From NCBI GenBank assembly GCA_030390025.1, contig CM059427.1, positions 20,088,001 through 20,152,000 on the forward strand: a DNA stretch of 64,000 nt. The letters are read 5' to 3'. A program made the translations under genes and the position numbers. Below the pieces are notes generated by a model, which made no database searches, was not told the origin of the DNA, and worked only from the letters and a program-made list of their open reading frames with translations. Position 1 is the first letter of the stretch, and each line of letters begins with the position of its first letter. This document shows positions 1 through 11,400 of the stretch, in pieces. The stretch comes from Squalus acanthias. Taxonomy: Eukaryota.

Positions 1-1574
1 GCTTCATATGCTACATCTCAAGTTATTTTTACATTTTTATTTTGCTGCTATGAGTTTTGAAACATATTTCTGCTTGCGGTTGTTTTCATAGTTTAGTACT
101 GTTTATCATTGCCTGTGGCATTCATTTCTACTTATGAGCACAATTGGACCAAAAAGAGTGTTCACTTCTTGTGAAAGCATGTGCATTTTGTGCTTGTATT
201 GCTGAACACCATTCCACCTTATTTTTGTACCTACCATTTCTTGAAGCATTTTCATCAGTTGTAGACTTCATCAAGCAACTCACCTAGTCAACATTTGTTT
301 CCACACCTGTAGTATCTCTCATGGCCAGTGCTTTCATCCACCTCTAAGGTAAACAACAGAGGTCACCTGCTGCGCACACTATGGAATTCCACTATAAAAT
401 GACTATACTTTCTTATTAAATACAGGTTTTTTTGTTAAACAACTTAATATGTTATAACTGTAAATTTATTCAGCAATAAAGCATTGTATTTAAACATTTT
501 GTTTGGATTTTCTTGAGTTAAAAGTTAGGTCTCCTCTTGCAGTGGGTTCACTTTTAAGATTTTTTACAGAAAACTGGATGAAAGATGAAAGTTTTTAGTC
601 TATGTCAAATGCACCTAAAATAACTCAAGCATACAGAGACACACTGATTTTCAAATGGCAAGTTTGTGCCTTGGCTTTTCATTATTAATGCCAGTCATAC
701 AATTTAAAACCGGATCTCCTTTCCAGGATATAAAAAGGTTGAAGAAATTATATCAAAGACCCAGTGGCATATTGTCACATTTGGTTTCCCTCAAGAAGCA
801 ACCCCAGCTCAAAGGCCCATCCTTATTGAGTCTATTTTAAGTAGGCAAGTACACTTTGGGGCAGCAGCCACATTTTATGCAATAGTTTCTAAACCAAAGA
901 TCTAATGGCTTCACAATGGACCATTAATGAAGCCAAGAAAAGACCTGGTACTTTATTTTGATAATACTGAGAACAACGCCACCCTTATTACTATTGATGC
1001 AAGAAAAAAATTAGGATAAGTGTTAACTGATTTAGCAATTTCAGCAAAGTACCTCATGCTGGGCAATATATATGCAAAGGAAATAAACAGGTGCTGGAGA
1101 AATATCTAGTATTGCTACACTTAGAGTAAGTGAAGGTTAAACAATTCATCTTCTGAAGAGATGTCTACCATTTACTGTAGCATTTCCAATAATATATTTT
1201 ATTACTGATTATTTTCACTAGTTTTTAATTTCACACTTCATGTCACCTCATGGTTCTAAAATCTAATCACTTTAATGCACCATTTAGAAAGCCTTTCATC
1301 TTGATATATATACATGCATTCATCTTAATCTTGAGAATTTGCAAGAGAAGAACTAAATCTTCATTTTGTTCAATGAATGCCATTTTCTCCCATAGAATTT
1401 TGCAGATTGTTTTGAGGAAAAGGACATGGGAGTTTTCCTCAGTCAAGTGAATTGCACTTCTTTAGCATGTGGCCAGCATGCTGGGTTGCCCTTTGGACAA
1501 CATGAGCTATTGTTTTTTTATTTTGTCAGTCATGATTTAATATCATGATTAATATTTTGTCTTTTGTTACTCAG

Positions 1575-2459
1575 ATTACAAAGTGCAAAGCATAGATAGT
1601 CAGAGCATAACAACTTCTGGAAAAGCTGTAGAGGAATCCATCGCTTCAAAGACTTTTGAAGTATCAGAAATGCATGTGGAGTCCCCTGTGACCTTAAAGC
1701 ATACAAAGAACTATATAAAGGAAATCAGTTTACAGCAAGAACATGCATACAATGTTCAGATGTTTGAAAGTATTTCCATGAGTTCATCGAGCAAGACAGT
1801 TTCCTCTGAAAGATGGGAAGAATCCCAAAAGATTGCCAAGACAGAAACAATCAGAAGTGGCTCTCAAAGTTCGCCGAAAATCCTACAAGATATGAATAAT
1901 GTCACAGTTTTGTTAGGTGAAACTACATCTCTAAAATGTCAAATTCTAGCATTCCCAAGACCTGAAATAACATGGTATAGAGAAGATCAAGAAGTTGTGG
2001 AAGTTAAGAGAATAAAAATTGTATCTATAACAGAAGCTGAAGTTTTAACATCATCTGAGATAATTATACAAAATATCCAAGAAGAGGACACAGGAATTTA
2101 TAGATGTAAAGCTGTAAATCCTCATGGCGAGGCTGAATGTGAAGCTGAAATAACTGTTACTGCAGCCAAACCTGTCCTTGAAGTGCCCATGATTCTCCTT
2201 GAACTTAGTGATCTGAGGGTGAAAGCTGATCAGATGGCACAGTTCATCTGTTCTTTTAGTGGGGAATCTTTTTCAGAGGTCATATGGAGTCACAGAAGCA
2301 GAAGACTGGAAGAATCAGGAAGACTGAAGATTTCTCAGAATGGAAATGTTATGTCTCTTACAATCCTTAATGTGCACATAGAAGATCAGGGACAGTACAG
2401 CTGTACTGCAAGAAATGAAGGTGGAGAAATGAAGACTACTGCTGTACTAATAGTAGAAG
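1575..2459 (+). CDS. TTN: TTN Novex-2-like exon (human exon 46 homologue): unique sequence plus 2 Ig
   Basis: Acceptor ctcag|AT (in-frame alternative aaag|TG at 1584), donor G|gtggtt. VQSIDSQ..YNVQMFESIS and EESGRLKISQNGNV..DQGQYSC resemble human Novex-2 as recalled. Confidence 0.85.
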
Positions 2460-5400
2460 GTGGTTGTTTATTATTTTATTTAAAAAGAACATCCTGAACC
2501 ATCCACTTCATTGTTTCTTTTCCAAAATAGTTTTAGTATCTTTTTTAAGAAGATCCTAAATTTACCTATTAACAGTAATATGTTTTGTTTAAAATGTTTA
2601 GCTAGTGATTTATACAAACCTTAACACTAAACATTTCATCACACTAGTCTGCATAAATTATTGCAAACATTACTTCTTGCTGTTATATATTTTTCAAGTA
2701 TTTGCTTGCTGAAATTGCTAAATCAGTTAACACTTATCCTAATTTTATTCTTGCATAGCTGAAGAAACAAAACCCAAAACAGGTGCAAAAATTCCCACTG
2801 ATAACAGTTCAGATAGCACTAAAACTGAAAAAAGGCCATATATCACATCTGATAACAAACAAGAAGTACTAAAGAAACCATCAAGTTCACCACCGTCTTC
2901 AACCAAAAGACCAACTGGAACAGAGAAGCCACGAAGCCGAGACTATTATCCTGACGTAGTGCCCTGTGACGAATTGATAGACACTGGAGCCATGGCACCG
3001 GCATTCTTAGAAAGATTGCCTCCAGAAATCATTGTACAAGATGGAGAAGATGTTTTACTGTTTTGCATTGTAAAAGGTGTACCATCGCCTTGTGTACTTT
3101 GGCTGTGCAACCAACGCATAGTTGAAGAATCTTCATTGTGTTCCATAAAACATGATGGGTTGCTATGCAGTTTAAAGTTACAGAAAGTCAGCCAGAGTCA
3201 CACTGGCACTTATACATGCAAAGCGGTTAATTCTGCTGGAGAAACAGCGTGCAACACTCTACTTAGAGTGACAGGTTGGCAATTGCATGCTTTGGTCCTT
3301 CCCAATGTGACTCTATCATGCATCTCAGTACAGCTCATGGAAAGAATCTTTGTGGAAAGTTACCTTGTTGCCCTGTGGATTATTGCATTCCTTTTTCCTT
3401 AAATCAGATTAGGCATGTCAAGGCATGTTTGATATTTTGATACAGAGCAATACGGAGAATGAATCATTTTTTTTACAAAATCCTGGATTGTCTGAATTAG
3501 CTTTGTGATTCAGTCAACCATTTGCTTGGTAAAGCCTTCTGAAAATCACAATCAACAAATACATTTTAACTTTTTTGCATGTATGTTTTGTATGTTTTTG
3601 CAGATTTCATGTATTCCTAGTTTCATTTTTCTTTTTGCATTTTGTATATATGAATTGGAAAAATAGTGCTACATTTCTGCAATTATATTGAACATTATTC
3701 ATTTTCATTCAGCCGTAGAAAAAAAGATTCAAGACAAGATTGAACAGCAGATCGAAATGGAAGTGAGAGGTAACATTTTTATTATTTTATTTGATAAAAT
3801 TTGTTTAATTCTGTATGAAATGCTAGGACCCAACTACTTCCATTTCTTCGGTATTTTGACATCTGGATAAGTTGTGCTGTATTATAAAATGTCAAAAATC
3901 GCATGTTGTCTGTGTCAGTCTGATTTGTTTACAAATCAGGTTTGTTGTCATCATTTTCATTGTGATGTAAACAAAAAATCCTTTAACATCAATATTTATT
4001 TTACAGGCAACTTTACTTTTTACCAGTATTAGTTCCTCATATTTCAGCTGAATTTCAATTTGGATTTGCTTATCATAATTGATACACTGCAAAAGGAATA
4101 CATAGAGATACATGTTGTATCTTCTTATGAAGGATATAATGAGAAGTGTTTAAATGAACTCTCAACTATTTATTGTTTAATGAATGAATCCCAGAAATAT
4201 ATTTTAATATTTTATTTTATGATTACTTGATTGAGTCAGTAGTTTTGTTGGTCTTATTTATTTCTGAGTTCCTAATAAGCTCTACAATAAGAATTGCACC
4301 TGGTATTTAAAGAACTTGCAGGCAATATTTTGTTAAAGGATATTTGATCAGGATATTTTCCATTTGTGCATTTATTTTCTCCATTTACATGACATCAGTC
4401 TATCTTCATGTATTTACACTGGCTTGCAGATAGCAGTATGTGTTCATGTGTGCTGGCTTTTTTTTGCATAACACTGTGAATCTAGCAACTGTATTAGTTC
4501 GAATAAACGCCTTCTCATGCAATTTATGAAGGATTACAGTTATGGATGAGTTTATTTCTATCTATAATGATTAAAATTCTTAAAACTATACTTATCAAAC
4601 TGGCTGAAAAATTTATCTACTATCGAAAGGATCAGAAAGGGCGTTTATTCTGCTGTCTGCAAGTCAGGTAAGAACTTGTAATAATCTAGATATCCCCAAA
4701 TCATTACAGGGACAGATTTTACATTAAAAAAAATAACAAAATTCTGTCATGAGATCACTTTATGCTTTTTTCAAAATATACATTCTAATATGATTTTTGA
4801 GAAGAAATTGCTACAGTCTGAAGAAGGAACAAAGAACGAGCGATTTTCCTGCTCAGAATCTTTAAAAAGAAAATGGTCTTGCGTTTATTCGAACAAATAT
4901 GGTGAGTGAAATTTTTATAGTATTTGTGAAAAAAGCTGATGCATAAAGTTTGTCATTTCATTATGTTTCAGATTTGTACTAAATTTAATTCTTAAAATGT
5001 TTTGAAGTGATTTTTAAGAAACTTCATACAAATTTTTTTTTTTTGCAGAGTTGTTTTTTGGTGATGGGAGAGAATATTTGGAAAATCGAGAAAACCTGCG
5101 GGATGCATTTTCTGATGCTGAAGATTATTTAGATCAGGGTCTTGTTTCTGCTGATCGTTGTGCAAGCAGAACATCTTCTATAAGTTCCTGGTCTGAGAAT
5201 TTCAGACCATCTTTCACGGAAAAGCTAAAATTCAAATCCGTAATGGAAGGAGAGCAAGCTGCTTTTAATTGCAAATTGGTTGCCAGTCCAGCACCAAAAG
5301 TTGCATGGTTTCATAACAACAGACCTATACGGAAAGATTCAAGAAGGATTATTAAAACAGAAGGCACATTGCACATTCACAGCCCAAGTTTGGAAATCAA

Positions 5401-8400
5401 TAATGTAGAAGAGAAAGATTCAGGGAGTTACAAAATATTTGCAATAAACTCTGAGGGTTCAGCAGAATCAACTGCATCTTTGCTTGTTGCACTTAAAGAA
5501 GAACAAAATGCAAACTATCTGAGCTTTGTGAAAAGATCAGAGATGGTTCACAAAAGTATAGACTCTTTAGTTAAAAAACGGGATGCAAGACTTAAAGTTG
5601 ATCTCAAACATGTTGGGTCTCCCTTTGATAAGAAATATGTGGTTCCAGGAGCTTTGCGTAAACAGTCAAATTCTAAAAACAGACTGATGCGTACAACGTA
5701 TTTTGAAAGGAGATCTGCAACAACAAAACATGATGATCTGTTTATTACTGGCTCTGCAGAAATACAGTCACCTAGGTTATATGGGAGGATTCTCGACAAG
5801 GATAGCTTGATTGATGAAGACATTAAAATTAAACTGCAGCTTTTACGTGAAGCTAAACGGAAAAAAAGATTTTCTCTTGCACTCTCTGAAGCTTCATTTG
5901 ACCTAGGTACAGCATCAATTGAAGACCATCTGAAGTACAATTATGCTTATTTAGACAGAGAGCGCAGCAGAAGTGTGGGAGACCTTGATCGCATGGATTT
6001 TGAACATAGTAAATCTTATTTTGTGCAAGAACAGATACAGTCTCCTGGTGACTATTTTCAGAAAGAGTCTCCTGAATTTCAGCGTCGAATGGAACGGATA
6101 GTAGGGCTTCCTTCACAGGAAGTAGAACCACAAAGAGCCCCTGAAGAGAATATTATTGAAGAATCTTCCAGAACAAAAGTTATGAAGTCATTAAAAGAGC
6201 AATTTCTGAAAGGTGATTTATCTCAAGAAACCGAACAGTCACATGACAATCAATACTGGTTGGAAGAACAGGAAACTGATGAATGTTATTTTCAGAAAGA
6301 ATATGATACAAGACAAGAACTAGAGAGTGAACTTTGTGAAGAACCCGAGGCACTTTCTGACCAATGGTTTGGAGGCGTTATTACTATGCAGAGGGATTTA
6401 CTAACACAGAGGCCTGGAGAGATGCTTGACCCTTCCACATCAGCAGTCAAAGAAACAAATCTAATTAAAGAAGCAGTGCAGTATGAAGACAGTGTCGAGT
6501 GTGCAGAAATTTTATTGAAGGAAAAAGAATTCCCAACATTTGTCAGAACCCTGATAAAGCAAACTCCAGTGGAAATAAAAGAATCTCCAAGTAAGTCTGA
6601 GTTTAAGGAAGACCATGAGGTACTTTTTGATCAGTGGTCCGAAAGTTTGATAAGTATGCAGAACTCACCAGCAAAGAAAACTGAACATAGCCATTCGATG
6701 TTTGACCATTCCAGAGCAACGGAAATAAATGTATCCAGATTCAGTGAAAAGGAAGACACAGTGAGAGAGTATACACAAGAACTGATGCCTTCTCCTTTAC
6801 CAGAGAAAAAAGAAGCCTCAGCCCTTTTCAGATCATCATTGGATGATAACGCAATAAAAATAAGCAAAACCTCATGTAGAGATGAAGTGAAAGAAGACCC
6901 TAATACACCTCTTGACCAATGGCCTGGAAGTGTCTTACTAAAACAGAAGTCTGGATTTGACCATAGAATTATTGATCAAACCGAATCAGCATCCAAAGAA
7001 AATGACATAAGTGTCTCTAAAATCAACCAAAAAGTAGCACAATATGAAGGCGAAGTTAAAGATTATACCCAGATGCTGATATCCTCTACTTTACCAGAGA
7101 AAGAAGAAACCTCAAGTTTTGTCAGTTCTTTGATGAAAGAAACACCAGAAGAAATAAAACAAATTCCATATAAATCTGATGTTAAGCTGGACTATGAGAC
7201 ACCTCTGGAACAATGGCCTGAAAGATTCATTAGTACACAGAGGGATTTACTAACTCAGAAACCTGAAGGTGGTCATAAAATATCTGACCAATCTACATCA
7301 GTAGTGAGGCAGACAGAGGCGATTAGTATGTCCAAAATCAGGCAAAAAAACTCACAATATGAAGGACAGATTATAGATTCCATCCATGCAGTGAGACATT
7401 CTCCCTTGACAGCAAAAACAAGAGAAACATCAACTTTTGTCAGAACAGTAATAAAACAAGCTCCAATGGAAATAAAAGAGCCTCCATATGAATTTGAAGT
7501 TCATGAAGAACATGAGTCAACTTCTGATAAAAGGCCTGGAAGTTTTATTCATGTGGAGCAGGACTTTCCAACAGCAATATCTGAAGATACCCATGGAATC
7601 CAAATGCCTGATCAATCCAAGTCGGCAGTAAAACAGGCGTCGGTGATTAGTGAGTCTAAAATCAGCCAAAAAGAACAGCATAAAAGCAAAGCTAAAGACT
7701 TCACTTCAATACTGAGACCTAGTATATCAGAGAAAAAAGAAACCTCAACGTTTGTCAGTTCATCAATGAAAGAAACAGCAGCAGACGTAAGAGAACTTCC
7801 ATATATATCTGAGGTTAAGGATGGCCACAAGACACCTCCTCACCAATTCACTGGAGGTTTTGTTAGTATGATGAGGGACTTTGTAACAGAAAAATCTGAA
7901 GATGCCCATGGTGTGCCCAGTAGGTCCACACCAGTAGTTAAACAAATAGAGGCAACCAGCATATCTAAAATCAGCCAAAAAGAGCCACAATGTGAAGACA
8001 AGGTTAAAAGCACCACCCAAATAATGCAACCTTCTTTACCAGACAGAAAAGTTGCATCAACCCTTTTAAGTTCATTGATAAAAGAAACACCAATGGATGC
8101 AAAAGAACCTCCATATGAATTTGGACTTATGGAAGACTATAAGACATCTTATGACCAGAGGCCTGGAGGTTTTGTCGATGTACAAAAGGGCTTTCTAACA
8201 GAGAAACTAGAAGAGGGTCATGAAATGTATGACCGATCCAAATCAGCGGCAAAACAGACTGAGATGATTAGTGTAACTAAAATCGGACAAAAAGAACAGC
8301 ATAAAGACAAAGCTAAAGACTTCACTTCAATACTGAGACCTAGTATATCAGAGAAAAAAGAAACCTCAACGTTTGTCAGTTCATCAATGAAAGAAACAGC

Positions 8401-11400
8401 AGCAGAAATAAGAGAACCTCCATATATATCTGAGGTTAAGGATGGCCACAAGACACCTCCTCACCAATTCACTGGAGGTTTTGTTAGTATGATGAGGGAC
8501 TTTGTAACAGAAAAATCTGAAGATGCCCATGGTGTGCCCAGTAGGTCCACACTAGTAGTCAAACAAATAGAGGCAACCAGCATATCTAAAATCAGCCAAA
8601 AAGAGCCACAATGTGAAGACAAGGTTAAAAGCACCACCCAAATAATGCAACCTTCTTTACCAGACAGAAAAGTTGCATCAACTCTTTTAAGTTCATTGAT
8701 AAAAGAAACACCAATGGATGCAAAAGAACCTCCGTATGAAGACCATAAGACATCTTATGACCAGAGGCCTGGAGGTTTTGCCCATGTACAAAAGGGCTTT
8801 CTAACAGAGAAACTAGAAGAGGGTCATGAAATGTATGACCGATCCAAATCAGCGGCAAAACAGACTGAGATGATTAGTGTAGCTAAAATTGGACAAAAAG
8901 AACAGCATAAAGGCAAAGCTAAAGACTTCACTTCAATACTGAGACCTAGTATATCAGAGAAAAAAGAAACCTCAACGTTTGTCAGTTCATCAATGAAAGA
9001 AACAGCAGCAGAAATAAGAGAACTTCCATATATATCTGAGGTTAAGGATGGCCACAAGACACCTCCTGACCAATTCGCTGGAGGTTTTGTTAGTATGATG
9101 AGGGACTTTGTAACAGAAAAATCTGAAGACGCCCATGGTGCGCCCAGTAGGTCCACACCAGTAGTTAAACAAATAGAGGCAACCAGCATATCTAAAATCA
9201 GCCAAAAAGAGCCACAATGTGAAGACAAGGTTAAAAGCACCACCCAAATAATGCAACCTTCTTTACCAGACAGAAAAGTTGCATCAACCCTTTTAAGTTC
9301 ATTGATAAAAGAAACACCAATGGACGCAAAAGAACCTCCATATGAATTTGGACTTATGGAAGACTATAAGACATCTTATGACCAGAGGCCTGGCGGTTTT
9401 GTCGATGTACAAAAGGGCTTTCTAACAGAGAAACTAGAAGAGGGTCATGAAATGTATGACCGATCCAAATCAGCGGCAAAACAGACTGAGATGATTAGTG
9501 TAACTAAAATCGGACAAAAAGAACAGCATAAAAGCAAAGCTAAAGACTTCACTTCAATACTGAGACCTAGTATATCAGAGAAAAAAGAAACCTCAACGTT
9601 TGTCAGTTCATCAATGAAAGAAACAGCAGCAGAAATAAGAGAACCTCCATATATATCTGAGGTTAAGGATGGCCACAAGACACCTCCTGACCAATTCGCT
9701 GGAGATTTTGTTAGTATGATGAGGGACTTTGTAACAGAAAAATCTGAAGATGCCCATGGTGCGCCCAGTAGGTCCACACCAGTAGTCAAACAAATAGAGG
9801 CAACCAGCATATCTAAAATCAGCCAAAAAGAGCCACAATGTGAAGACAAGGTTAAAAGCACCACCCAAATAATGCAACCTTCTTTACCAGACAGAAAAGT
9901 TGCATCAACCCTTTTAAGTTCATTGATAAAAGAAACACCAATGGATGCAAAAGAACCTCCGTATGAATTTGGACTTATGGAAGACCATAAGACATCTTAT
10001 GACCAGAGGCCTGGAGGTTTTGCCCATGTACAAAAGGGCTTTCTAACAGAGAGACCTGAAGAGGGTCATGAAATGTATGACCGATCCAAATCAGCGGCAA
10101 AACAGACTGAGATGATTAGTGTAGCTAAAATCAGACAAAAAGAACCAGTATATGAAGCAAAGGTTCTGAATTCCACATGGATGGTGAAACCTTCTCCTTT
10201 ACCAGAGAAAAAAGAAACTGCAACGTATGTAAGTTCATCAAAAAAGCAATCTCCAGTAGACATAATAGAATCTCCTTGCAAGGCTGAATTTAAGGAAGAC
10301 CATGAGACAGCTCTTGAAAGTTTTACCAGTATGCACGAAGACTTCCTGACAGAGAAACTGGAAGGTGGCCATGGAACATCTGATCAATCAGCAATCAGAG
10401 AGACAGCAATGATTAGCATATCTGAAATTAGTCAGAAAGAACCGCAACATGAATGGAAAGTTAAACGTTCCACCCAAACAGAGAAAAATAAAACTTCAAA
10501 TTTCTTCAGTTCGTTAATGAAAGAGACACCAACAGAAGTTCAAGAACATCAATATAAATTTGTAGCTGCAAAGGAATCTCCAAAACAAGAGACTCCTACA
10601 ATTAAACTCAGACAACATTGCCCGCCTGTATTTTTCCATCATGTTGCATCTCCTGAAATTAAGCAAGGAGATGTGTGTGTGCTTGAGTGTCAATTTCATG
10701 GGCACCCACAACCTACTGTAACTTGGTACAAGGATGAACACCCAATTCCACGAAATAGGGATTATGATATTCACTCCAGAGAAAACATATCTACATTGAC
10801 TATCAGCTGCACTTGCAAAGATCATGCAGGAGTGTATACATGTGTAATATTCAACCAATATGGAACTGCAACAACATCTGGCATCCTTACAATACAAGGT
10901 AAGATTCATCATACTTTAGTTATGAAATTATTTTCTTAAAATATGTTGCAATAAGATATTTATCAAATTATGATTTTCATTTAAGTAAAAAAAAAAATTT
11001 CATTTTCCAGAGCCAGAGCTGCTTGAAGAATCTTTGAAAAAATTTGATATACATGTGACTGAAGCACTAGAGGACTATACTGAAGATGATGATCTTGACC
11101 AGCTGGTCGAAAAGGAAATTGAGTCTTATTTTGCACCATTTACTGTAATAAAATCCACCTTGCAATTACCAAAAGTTGCATTACCACAACCATGTCCTAT
11201 AAGTTCATCTTTGCTTTCTTCACCTGTTGAAATTAAAATAACTGCTCCGACTCCAACACCAGAGCAAGATGAAGAACGGAGAGAGTTACTTCAAGTAGAT
11301 GAATTTGATTCCAAGCATCCATCTCAAGAACCCTCCTCTCAGACTACAAAATATAAATTTAAATTCTCTTTTGATGTAATTTCTGAACCTCCACAGGTTA

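Noticed and set aside
1396-1450. Possible small exon after catag/tgcag acceptors upstream of Novex-2
   Set aside because: No convincing in-phase donor and no titin-like peptide
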